Assembly: GCA_964016885.1 (NCBI GenBank)
Contig: OZ024744.1
Location: 129,394,001 to 129,458,000, forward strand
Length of the DNA stretch: 64,000 nucleotides
Origin: Eledone cirrhosa
Lineage: Eukaryota
Direction of reading: 5' to 3'
A program made the position numbers and the translations under genes. Positions within the stretch are counted from its first letter, which is position 1. Each line of letters starts with the position of its first letter. The notes under the pieces were generated by a model. It was not told the DNA's origin. It made no database searches and saw only the letters and a list, made by a program, of their open reading frames with translations. Shown piece by piece: positions 26,664-37,400 of this stretch.

Positions 26664-27554
26664 TCTTATATAATCAATTTTTTTTAGGTTTTTCGAAAAA
26701 GAATGAATTTGAGTTCATAGTCGAAATATATACTTCTGCATTAATCTTTTTACGTTTTTCTGATTTTTTGCATGTTTTGAAATTTAAAAAAAACGTAAAA
26801 AATCAATATTTCGAAAAACGCAATTTGAAAAACTCATATTAATTTTTTTTCGAATGAATTCTTTCATACTTTTAGAAATATTTATATCTGATTTTAAATA
26901 TTGATTTTTTTAGGTTTACCTTATATAATCAAATTTTTTTAGGTTTTTCGAAAAATAATGAATTTGAGTTCATAGTCGAAATATATACTTCTGCATTAAT
27001 CTTTTTACGTTTTTCTGATTTTTTGCATGTTTTGAAATTTAAAAAAAACGTAAAAAATGAATATTTCGAAAAACGCAATTTGAAAAACTCATATTAATTT
27101 TTTTTCGAATGAATTCTTTCATACTTTTAGAAGTATTTATATCTGATTTTAAATATTGATTTTTTTAGGTTTACCCTATATAATCAAATTTTTTTAGGTT
27201 TTTCGAAAAATCTTATATAATCAAATTTTTTTAGGTTTTTCGAAAAAGAATGAATTTGAGTTCATAGTCGAAATATATACTTCTGCATTAATCTTTTTAC
27301 GTTTTTCTGATTTTTTGCATGTTTTGAAATTTAAAAAAAACGTAAAAAATTAATGCTTTTACAAATATTTTGAAATATTTACTTTCTGGTTTCGAATTTT
27401 GCAAATTAAATTTTTTTCGAAAAACCTAAAAAAATCAGTTTTCGAAATCAGAAGTTAATATTTCGAAAAACGCAATTTGAAAAACTCATATTAATTTTTT
27501 TTCGAATGAAGTTTTTTATACTTTTAGAAATATTTATATCTGATTTCAAATATT

Positions 27555-27664
27555 GATTTTTTTAGGTTTTTTGAAAGACCTTATATAATCAATTTTTTTT
27601 AGGTTTTTCGAAAAACCTTATATAATCAATTTTTTTAGGTTTTTCGACAACCTTATATAATCAA
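27555..27664. repeat. Three tandem ~36-37-bp subrepeats (TnAGGTTTTTCGAAAAACCTTATATAATCAA-like) ending the island
   Basis: CCTTATATAATCAA occurs three times in succession before the right junction. The same terminus is present in all six islands. Confidence 0.9.
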
Positions 27665-30600
27665 GTTGAGTTTAAGTTAAGTTGGGATTAAGTTAAGTTG
27701 GGGTTAAGTTAAGTTGGGGTTAAATTAAGTTGGGGTTAAGTTAAGTTGGAGTTAAGTTAAGTTGGGGGTAAGTTAAGTTGGGGTTAAGATAAGTTGGGGT
27801 TAAGTTAAGTTGGGGTTGAGCTAAGTTGGGGTTGAGTTAATTTGGGGTTAAGTTAAGTTGGGGTTAAGTTAAGTTGGGTTTAAGTTAAGTTGGGGTTAAG
27901 TTAAGTTGGGGTTAAATTAAGTTGGGGTTAAGCTAAGTTGGGGTTAAGTTAAATTGAGGTTAAGTTAAGTTGGGGTTAATTTAAGTTGGGGTTAAGCTAA
28001 GTTGGGGTTAAGTTAAATTGAGGTTAACTTAAGTTGGGGTTAAGTTAAGTTGGGGTTAATTTAAGTTGGGGCTAAGTAAAGTTAAGTGGGGGTTAAGTTA
28101 AGTTAGGGTTGAGTTAAGTTGGGGTTAAGTTAACTTTGGGTTAAGTTAAGTTGGGTTTGAGTTAAGTTGGGGTTAATTAAGTTGGGGTTAAGTTAAGTTG
28201 GGGTTAAGTTAAGTTGGGGTTAAGTTAAGTTGCGGTTAAGTTAAGTTGAGGTTAAGTTAAGTTGGGGTTAAGTTAAGTTGGGGTTAAGTTAAGTTGGGGC
28301 TAAGTTAAGTTGGGGCTAAGTTAAGTTGGGGCTTAGTTAAGTTGGGGTTAAGTTAAGTTGGGGTTAAGTTAAGGTGGGGTTTAGTTAAGTTGGGGTCAAC
28401 TAAAGTTGGGGTTAAGTTAAGTTGGGGTTAAGTTAAGTTGGGGTTAAGTTAAGTTGGGGCTAAGTTAAGTTGGGGCTAAGTTAAGTTGGGGCTAAGTTAA
28501 GTTGGGGTTAAGTTAACTTTGGGTTAAGTTAATTTGGGTTTGAGTTAAGTTGGGGTTAATTAAGTTGGGGTTAAGTTAAGTTGGGGTTAAATTAAGTTGG
28601 GGTTAAGTTAAGTTGGGGTTAAGTTAAGTTGCGGTTAAGTTAAGTTGATGTTAAGTTAATTTGGGGTTAAGTTAAGTTGGGGTTAAGTTAAGTTGGGGTT
28701 AAGTTAAGTTGGGGTTAAGTTAAGGTGGGGTTAAGTTAAGTTGGGGTCAACTTAAGTTGGGGTTAAGTTAAGTTGGGGTTAACTTAAGTTGGGGTTAAGT
28801 TAAGTTGGAGTTAATTTAAGTTGAGGTTAAGTTAAGTTGGTGTTAAGTTAAGTTGGGGCTAAGTTAAGTTGGGGCTGAGTTAAGTTGGGGCTGAGTTAAG
28901 TTGGAGTTAAGTTAAGTTGGGGTTGAGTTAAGTTGCGGTTAAGTTAAGTTGGGGTTAAGTTAAGTTGGGGTTAAGTTAAGTTGGGGTTTATTTAAGTTGG
29001 GGTTCAGTTAATTTGGGGTTAAGTTAAGTTTGGGGTTAAATTAAGTTGGGGTTAAATTAAGTTGGGGTTAAGCTAAGTTGGGGTTAAGTTAAGTTGGGGT
29101 TAATTTAAGTTGGGGTTAAGTTAAGTTGGGGTTAAGTTAAGGTGGGGTTTAGTTAAGTTGTGGTTAAGTTAAGTTGGGGGTAAGTTAAGTTGGGGGTAAG
29201 TTAAGTTGGGGGTAAGTTAAGTTGGGGTTAAGTTAAGTTGGGGTTAAATTAAGTTAGGGTTAAGTTAAGTTGGGGTTGAGTTAAGTTGGGGTTAAGTTAA
29301 GTTGGGGTTATGTTAAGTTGGGGTTAAGTTAAGTTGGGGTTAAGTTAAGTTGGGGTTAAGTTAAGTTGCGGTTAAGTTAAGTTGGGGTTAAATTAAGTTG
29401 GGGTTAAGTTAAGTTGGGATTAAGTTAAGTTGGGGTTAAGTTAAGTTGGGGTTAAGTTAAGTTGGGGTTAAGTTAGATTGTTGTTAAGTTAAGTTGGGGT
29501 TAAGTTAAGTTGGGGTTAAGTTAAGTTGGGGTTAATTTAAGTTGGGGTTAAGTTAAGTCGGGGTTAAGTTGAGTTGGGGTTAAGTTAAGTTGGGGTTAAG
29601 TTAAGTTGGGGTTAAGTTAAGTTGGGGTTAAGATAAGTTGGGGGTAAGTTAAGTTGGGGGTAAGTTAAGTTGGGGTTAATTTAAGTTAGGTCGAATTAAG
29701 TTGGTGTTAAGTTAAGTTGGAGTTAAGTTAAGTTGGGGTTAAGTTAAGTTGGGGTTAAGTTAAGTTGGGGTTATGTTAAGATGGGGTTAAGTTAAGTTGG
29801 GGTTAAGTTAAGTTGGGGTTAAGTTAAGTTGCGGTTAAGTTAAGTTCGGGTTAAGTTAATTTGGGGTTGACTTAAGTTGGGGTTAACTTAAGTTGGGATT
29901 AAGTTAAGTTGGGGTTAAGTTAAGTTGGGGTTAAATTAAGTTCGGGTTAAGTTAAGTTGGGGTTAAGTTAAGTTGGGGTTAAGTTAAGTTGGGGTTAAGT
30001 TAAGTTGGGGTTAAGTTAGGTTGGGGTTAAGTTAAGTTGGGGGTAAGTTAAGTTGGGGTTAAGTTAAGTTGGGGTTAAGTTAGGTTGGGGTTAAGTTAAG
30101 TTGGGGGTAAGTTAAGTTGGGGGTAAGTTAAGTTGGGGTTAATTTAAGTTAGGTCGAATTAAGTTAGTGTTAAGTTAAGTTGGGGTTAAGTTAAGTTGGG
30201 GTTAAGTTAAGTTGGGGTTAAGTTAAGTTGGGGTTAAGTTAAGTTGGGGGTAAGTTAAGTTGGGGTTAAGTTAAGTTGGGGTTAAGTTAAGTTAGGGTTA
30301 AGTTAAGTTGGGGTTGAGTTAAGTTGGGGTTAAGTTAAGTTGGGGTTATGTTAAGTTGGGGTTAAGTTAAGTTGGGGTTAAGTTAAGTTGGGGTTAAGTT
30401 AAGTTGTGGTTAAGTTAAGTTGGGGTTAAATTAAGTTGGGGTTAAGTTAAGTTGGGATTAAGTTAAGTTGGGGTTAAGTTAAGTTGGGGTTAAGTTAAGT
30501 TGGGGTTAAGTTAAGTTGGGGTTAAGTTAAGTTGGGGTTAATTTAAGTTGGGGTTAATTTAAGTTGGGGTTAAGTTAAGTTGGGGTTAAGTTAAGTTGGG

Positions 30601-32115
30601 GTTATGTTAAGTTGGTGTTAAGTTAAGTTGGGGTTACGTTAAGTTGGGGGTAAGTTAAGTTGGTGGTAAGTTAAGTTGGGGGTAAGTTAAGATGGGGTTA
30701 AGTTAAGTTGGGGTTAATTTAATTTGGGGTTAAGTTAAGTTAGGGTTAAGTTAAGTTGGGGTTGAGTTAAGTCGGGGTTCAGTTAAGTTGGGGTTATGTT
30801 AAGTTGGGGTTAAGTTAAGTTGGGGTTAAGTTAAGTTGGGGTTCAATTAAGTTGCGGGTAATTTAAGTTGGGGTTAAGTTAAGTTGGGGGTACGTTAAGT
30901 TGGGGGTAAGTTAAGTTGGGGTTAAGTTAAGTTGGGGTTAAGTTAAGTCGGGGTTAATTTAAGTTGCGGTTAAGTTAAGTTGGGGTTAAGTTAAGTTGGG
31001 GTTAAGTTAAGTTGGGATTAAGTTAAGTTGGGGTTAAGTTAAGTTGGGGTTGAGTTAAGTTGGGGTTAAGTTAGATTGTTGTTAAGTTATTTTGGGGTTA
31101 AGTTAAGTTGGGGTTAAGTTAAGTTGGGGTTAATTTAAGTTGGGGTTAAGTTAAGTGGGGGTTAAGTTGAGTTGGGGTTAAGTTAAGTTGGGGTTAAGTT
31201 AAGTTGGGGTTAAGATAAGTTGGGGTTAAGTTAAGTTGGGGTTGAGTTAAGTTCGGGTTGAGTTAATTTGGGGTTAACTTAAGTTGGGGTTAACTTAAGT
31301 TGGGATTAAGTTAAGTTGGGGTTAAGTTAAGTTGGGGTTAAATTAAGTTCGGGTTAAGTTAAGTTGGGGTTAAGTTAAGTTGGGGTTAAGTTAAGTTGGG
31401 GTTAAGTTAGGTTGGGGTTAAGTTATGTTGGGGGTAAGTTAAGTTGGGGGTAAGTTAAGTTGGGGGTAAGTTAAGTTGGGGTTAAGTTAAGTTGGGGTTA
31501 GGTTAAGTTGGGGTTAAGTTAAGTTGGGGTTAAGTTAAGTTGGGGTTAAGTTAAGTTGGGGTTAAGTTAAGTTGGGGTTACGTTAAGTTGGGGGTAAGTT
31601 AAGTTGGTGGTAAGTTAAGTTGGGGGTAAGTTAAGATTGGGTTAAGTTAAGTTGGGGTTAATTTAATTTGGGGTTAAGTTAAGTTAGGGTTAAGTTAAGT
31701 TGGGGTTGAGTTAAGTTGGGGTTAAGTTAAGTTGGGGTTATGTTAAGTTGGGGATAAGTTAAGTTGGGGTTAAGTTAAGTTGGGGTTCAATTAAGTTGCG
31801 GTTAATTTAAGTTGGGGTTAAGTTAAGTTGGGGTTAAGTTAAGTTGGGGTTAAGTTAAGTTGGGGTTAAATTAAGTTAGGGCTAAGTTAAGTTGAGGTTA
31901 TGTTAAGTTGGTGTTAAGTTAAGTTGGGGTTAAGTTAAGTTGGGGTTAAGTTAAGTTGGGGTTAAGTTAAGTTGGGTTTAAGTTAAGTTGGGGCTAAGTT
32001 AAGTTGGGGTTAAGTTAAGTTGGGGTTAAGTTAAGTTGGGGTTAAGTTAGGTTGGTGTTAAGTTAAGTTGGGGGTAAGTTAAGTTGGGGGTAAGTTAAGT
32101 TGGTGTTAAGTTAAG
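27665..32115 (+). repeat. 16-bp satellite block 2 (4,451 bp)
   Basis: Same 16-mer and orientation, between islands 1 and 2. Confidence 0.98.
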
Positions 32116-34474
32116 TTAATCTTTTTACGTTTTTCTGATTTTTTGCATGTTTTGAAATTTAAAAAAAACGTAAAAAATTAATGCTTTTACAAATATTTTG
32201 AAATATTTACTTTCTGGTTTCAAATTTTGCAAATTAAATTTTTTTCTAAAAAAATCAGTTTTCGAAATCAGAAGTTAATATTTCGAAAAACGCAATTTAA
32301 AAAACTCATATTAATTTTTTTTCGAATGAAGTTTTTTTATGCTTTTAGAAATATTTATATCTGATTTAAAATATTGATTTTTTTAGGTTTACCTTATATA
32401 ATCAAATTTTTTTAGGTTTTTCGAAATATCTTATATAATCAATTTTTTTTAGGTTTTTCGAAAAAGAATGAATTTGAGTTCATAGTCAAAATATATACTT
32501 CTGCATTAATCTTTGATTTTTTGCATGTTTTGAAATTTAAAAAAAACGTAAAAAATTAATGCTTTTACAAATATTTTGAAATATTTACTTTCTGGTTTCA
32601 AAGTTTGTAAATTAAATTTTTTTCGAAAAACCTAAAAAAATCAGTTTTTGAAATCAGAAGTTAATATTTCGAAAAACGCAATTTGAAAAACTCATATTAA
32701 TTTTTTTTCGAATGAAGTTTTTTATACTTTTAGAAATATTTCAAATAGTGATTTTTTTAGGTTTTTCGAAATATCTTATATAATCAATTTTTTTTAGGTT
32801 TTTCGAAAAAGAATGAATTTGAGTTCATAGTCGAAATATATACTTCTGCATTAATCTTTGATTTTTTGCATGTTTTGAAATTTAAAAAAAACGTAAAAAA
32901 TTAATGCTTTTACAAATATTTTGAAATATTTACTTTCTGGTTTCAAAGTTTGCAAATTAAATTTTTTTCGAAAAACCTAAAAAAATCAGTTTTTGAAATC
33001 AGAAGTTAATATTTCGAAAAACGCAATTTGAAAAACTCATATTAATTTTTTTTCGAATGAAGTTTTTTATACTTTTAGAAATATTTCAAATAGTGATTTT
33101 TTAGGTTTTTCGAAATATCTTATATAATCAATTTTTTTTAGGTTTTTCGAAAAAGAATGAATTTGAGTTCATAGTCGAAATATATACTTCTGCATTAATC
33201 TTTGATTTTTTGCATGTTTTGAAATTTAAAAAAAACGTAAAAAATTAATGCTTTTACAAATATTTTGAAATATTTACTTTCTGGTTTCAAAGTTTGCAAA
33301 TTAAATTTTTTTCGAAAAACCTAAAAAAATCAGTTTTCGAAATCAGAAGTTAATATTTCGAAAAACGCAATTTGAAAAACTCATATTAATTTTTTTTCGA
33401 ATGAAGTTTTTTATACTTTTAGAAATATTTATATCTGATTTCAAATATTGATTTTTTTAGGTTTTTCGAAAAATCTTATATAATCAATTTTTTTTAGGTT
33501 TTTCGAAAAAGAATGAATTTGAGTTCATAGTCGAAATATATACTTCTGCATTAATCTTTTTACGTTTTTCTGATTTTTTGCATGTTTTGAAATTTAAAAA
33601 AAACGTAAAAAATCAATATTTCGAAAAACGCAATTTGAAAAGCTCATATTAATTTTTTTTCGAATGAATTCTTTCATACTTTTAGAAATATTTATATCTG
33701 ATTTTAAATATTGATTTTTTTAGGTTTACCTTATATAATCAAATTTTTTTAGGTTTTTCGAAAAATAATGAATTTGAGTTCATAGTCGAAATATATACTT
33801 CTGCATTAATCTTTTTACGTTTTTCTGATTTTTTGCATGTTTTGAAATTTAAAAAAAACGTAAAAAATGAATATTTCGAAAAACGCAATTTGAAAAACTC
33901 ATATTAATTTTTTTTCGAATGAATTCTTTCATACTTTTAGAAGTATTTATATCTGATTTTAAATATTGATTTTTTTAGGTTTACCCTATATAATCAAATT
34001 TTTTTAGGTTTTTCGAAAAATCTTATATAATCAAATTTTTTTAGGTTTTTCGAAAAAGTATGAATTTGAGTTCATAGTCGAAATATATACTTCTGCATTA
34101 ATCTTTTTACGTTTTTCTGATTTTTTGCATGTTTTGAAATTTAAAAAAAACGTAAAAAATTAATGCTTTTACAAATATTTTGAAATATTTACTTTCTGGT
34201 TTCGAATTTTGCAAATTAAATTTTTTTCGAAAAACCTAAAAAAATCAGTTTTCGAAATCAGAAGTTAATATTTCGAAAAACGCAATTTGAAAAACTCATA
34301 TTAATTTTTTTTCGAATGAAGTTTTTTATACTTTTAGAAATATTTATATCTGATTTCAAATATTGATTTTTTTAGGTTTTTTGAAAGACCTTATATAATC
34401 AATTTTTTTTAGGTTTTTCGAAAAACCTTATATAATCAATTTTTTTAGGTTTTTCGACAACCTTATATAATCAA
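32116..34474. repeat. AT-rich island 2 (long form, 2,359 bp)
   Basis: Near-identical to island 1 with identical junctions, plus a 29-bp subrepeat (ACCTTATATAATCAAATTTTTTTAGGTTT, ~32391-32419) missing from island 1. Confidence 0.97.
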
Positions 34475-37400
34475 GTTGAGTTTAAGTTAAGTTGGGATTA
34501 AGTTAAGTTGGGGTTAAGTTAAGTTGGGGTTAAATTAAGTTGGGGTTAAGTTAAGTTGGAGTTAAGTTAAGTTGGGGGTAAGTTAAGTTGGGGTTAAGAT
34601 AAGTTGGGGTTAAGTTAAGTTGGGGTTGAGCTAAGTTGGGGTTGAGTTAATTTGGGGTTAAGTTAAGTTGGGGTTAAGTTAAGTTGGGTTTAAGTTAAGT
34701 TGGGGTTAAGTTAAGTTGGGGTTAAATTAAGTTGGGGTTAAGCTAAGTTGGGGTTAAGTTAAATTGAGGTTAAGTTAAGTTGGGGTTAATTTAAGTTGGG
34801 GTTAAGCTAAGTTGGGGTTAAGTTAAATTGAGGTTAACTTAAGTTGGGGTTAAGTTAAGTTGGGGTTAATTTAAGTTGGGGCTAAGTAAAGTTAAGTGGG
34901 GGTTAAGTTAAGTTAGGGTTGAGTTAAGTTGGGGTTAAGTTAACTTTGGGTTAAGTTAAGTTGGGTTTGAGTTAAGTTGGGGTTAATTAAGTTGGGGTTA
35001 AGTTAAGTTGGGGTTAAGTTAAGTTGGGGTTAAGTTAAGTTGCGGTTAAGTTAAGTTGAGGTTAAGTTAAGTTGGGGTTAAGTTAAGTTGGGGTTAAGTT
35101 AAGTTGGGGCTAAGTTAAGTTGGGGCTAAGTTAAGTTGGGGCTTAGTTAAGTTGGGGTTAAGTTAAGTTGGGGTTAAGTTAAGGTGGGGTTTAGTTAAGT
35201 TGGGGTCAACTAAAGTTGGGGTTAAGTTAAGTTGGGGTTCACTTAAGTTGGGGTTAAGTTAAGTTGGGGTTAAGTTAAGTTGGGGTTTATTTAAGTTGGG
35301 GTTCAGTTAATTTGGGGTTAAGTTAAGTTTGGGTTAAGTTGGGGTTAAATTAAGTTGGGGTTAAGTTAAGTTGGGGTTAAGTTAAGTTGGGGTTAATTTA
35401 AGTTGGGGTTAAGTTAAGTTGCGGGTAATTTAAGTTGGGGTTAAGTTAAGTTGGGGTTAAGTTAAGTTGGGGTTAAGTTAAGTTGGGGGTAAGTTAAGTT
35501 GGGGGTAAGTTAAGTTGGGGTTAAGTTAAGTTGGGGTTAAGTTAAGTTGGGGTTAAGTTAAGTTAGGGTTAAGTTAAGTTGGGGTTGAGTTAAGTTGGGG
35601 TTAAGTTAAGTTGGGGTTATGTTAAGTTGGGGTTAAGATAAATTGGGGTTAATTTAACTTTGTGGTTAAGTTAAGTTGGGGTTAATTTAAGTTGGGGTTA
35701 AGTTAAAGTGGGGTTAAGTTAAGTTGGGGTTAAGTTAAGTTGGGGTTAAGTTAATTTGTGGTTAAGTTAAGTTGGGGTTAAGTTAAGTTGGGGTTAAGTT
35801 AAGTTGGGGATAAGTTAAGTTGAGGATAAGTTAAGTTGGGGTTAATTAAGTTGGCTTTAAGTTAAGTTGGGGTTAAGTTAAGTTGGGGTTAAGTTAAGTT
35901 GGGGTTAAGTTAAGTTGGTTAGTTAAGTTGAGTTTAAGTTAAGTTGGGGTTAATTTAAGTTGGGGTTAAGTTAAGTTGGGGTTGAGTTAAGTTGGGGTTC
36001 AGTTAAGTTGGGGTTAAGTTAAGTTGGGGTTAAGTTGGGGTAAAATTAAGTTGGGGTTAAGTTAAGTTGCGGTTAAGTTAAGTTGAGGTTAAGTTAAGTT
36101 GGGGTTAAGTTAAGTTGGGGTTAAGTTAAGTTGGGGCTAAGTTAAGTTGGAGCTAAGTTAAGTTGGGGCTCAGTTAAGTTGGGGTTAAGTTAAGTTGGGG
36201 TTAAGTTAAGGTGGGGTTAAGTTAAGTTGGGGTCAACTTAAGTTGGGGTTAATTTAAGTTGGGGTTAACTTAAGTTGGGGTTAGGTTAAGTTGGGGTTAA
36301 GTTAAGTTGGGGTTAAGTTAAGTTGGGGTTACGTTAAGTTGGGGGTAAGTTAAGTTGGTGGTAAGTTAAGTTGGGGGTAAGTTAAGATGGGGTTAAGTTA
36401 AGTTGGGGTTAATTTAATTTGGGGTTAAGTTAAGTTAGGGTTAAGTTAAGTTGGGGTTGAGTTAAGTTGGGGTTAAGTTAAGTTGGGGTTATGTTATGTT
36501 GGGGTTAAGTTAAGTTGGGGTTAAGTTAATTTGGGGTTCAATTAAGTTGCGGTTAATTTAAGTTGGGGTTAAGTTAAGTTGGGGTTAAGTTAAGTTGGGG
36601 TTAAGTTAAGTTGGGGTTAAATTAAGTTGGGGTTAAATTAAGTTGGGGTTAAGTTAAGTTGGGGTTATGTTAAGTTGGTGTTAAGTTAAGTTGGGGTTAA
36701 GTTAAGTTGGGGTTAAGTTAGGTTGGTGTTAATTTAAGTTGGGGGTAAGTTAAGTTGGGGGTAAGTTAAGTTGGTGTTAAGTTAAGTTGGGGTTAAGTTA
36801 AGTTGGGGTTAAGTTAAGTTGGGGTTAAGTTAGGGTCGAGTTAAGTTGGGGTTAAGTTAAGTGGGGGTTATATTAAGTTGGGGTCAAGTTAAGTTGGGGT
36901 TAAGTTAAGTTGGGGTTCATTTAAGTTGCGGTTAAGTTAAGTTGGTGTTAAGTTAAGTTGGGGTTAAGTTAAGTTGGGGTTAAATTAAGTTGGGGTTAAG
37001 TTAAGTTGGGGTTAAGTTAAGTTGGGGTTAAATTAAGTTAGGGTTGAGTTAAGTTGGGGTTAAGTTAAGTTGGGGTTATATTAAGTTGGGGTTAAGTTAA
37101 GTTGGGGTTAAGTAAAGTTGGGGTTCAGTTAAGTTGCGGTTAAGTTAAGTTGGGGTTAAGTTAAGTTAGGCTTAACTTAAGTTGGGATTAAGTTAAGTTG
37201 GGGGAGAGTTAAGTTGGGGGTAAGTTAAGTTGGGGTTAAGTTAAGTTGGGGTTAAGTTGGGGTTAAGTTAATTTAGGGTTAAGTTAAGTTGGGGTTGAGT
37301 TAAGTTGGGGTTAAGTTAAGTGGTGGTTATGTTAAGTTGGGGTTAAGTTAAGTTGGGGTTAATTTAAATTGGGGTTAATTTAACTTTGTGGTTAAGTTAA

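Larger units (their letters stand above)
25335..27664. repeat. AT-rich island 1: ~7 tandem units of a ~345-bp satellite (long form, 2,330 bp)
   Basis: The CATAG of marker GAGTTCATAG starts at 25671, 26016, 26360, 26716, 26971 and 27263 (periods 345, 344, 356, 255, 292). Rich in A/T tracts and TTCGAA. Confidence 0.97.
21720..35240 (+). repeat. ~6.7-6.8-kb tandem segmental duplication (about 21720-28430 and 28450-35240), each copy containing a long AT-rich island
   Basis: Rare variants (TAGATTGTTG, TAGGTCGAATT, GTTTGGGG) recur in the same order. The offset is 6733 at TAACTTTGGG (21781/28514), 6781 at the island start (+48 bp, three monomers) and 6810 at the island end (+29 bp). Confidence 0.9.

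Noticed and set aside
25400-27660. Heat-shock elements suggested by frequent TTCGAA
   Set aside because: Canonical HSEs need alternating nGAAn pentamers (TTCnnGAA). TTCGAA lacks that spacing, and no triple arrays were seen.
25335-27664. piggyBac-type insertion at a TTAA site
   Set aside because: TTAA is present at the left junction, but the right junction reads TCAA. There are no terminal inverted repeats or CCY ends and no transposase, and TTAA is ubiquitous in the array.
25335-27664. Telomere-specific non-LTR retrotransposon (SART/TRAS/HeT-A-like)
   Set aside because: No ORF and no terminal poly(A) or poly(T) tail; the island is internally tandem-repeated and both ends are invariant.
27580-27664. 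TATA boxes (TATATAA) as promoters
   Set aside because: Expected by chance in very AT-rich DNA and multiplied by the subrepeat; there is no independent evidence of promoter function.
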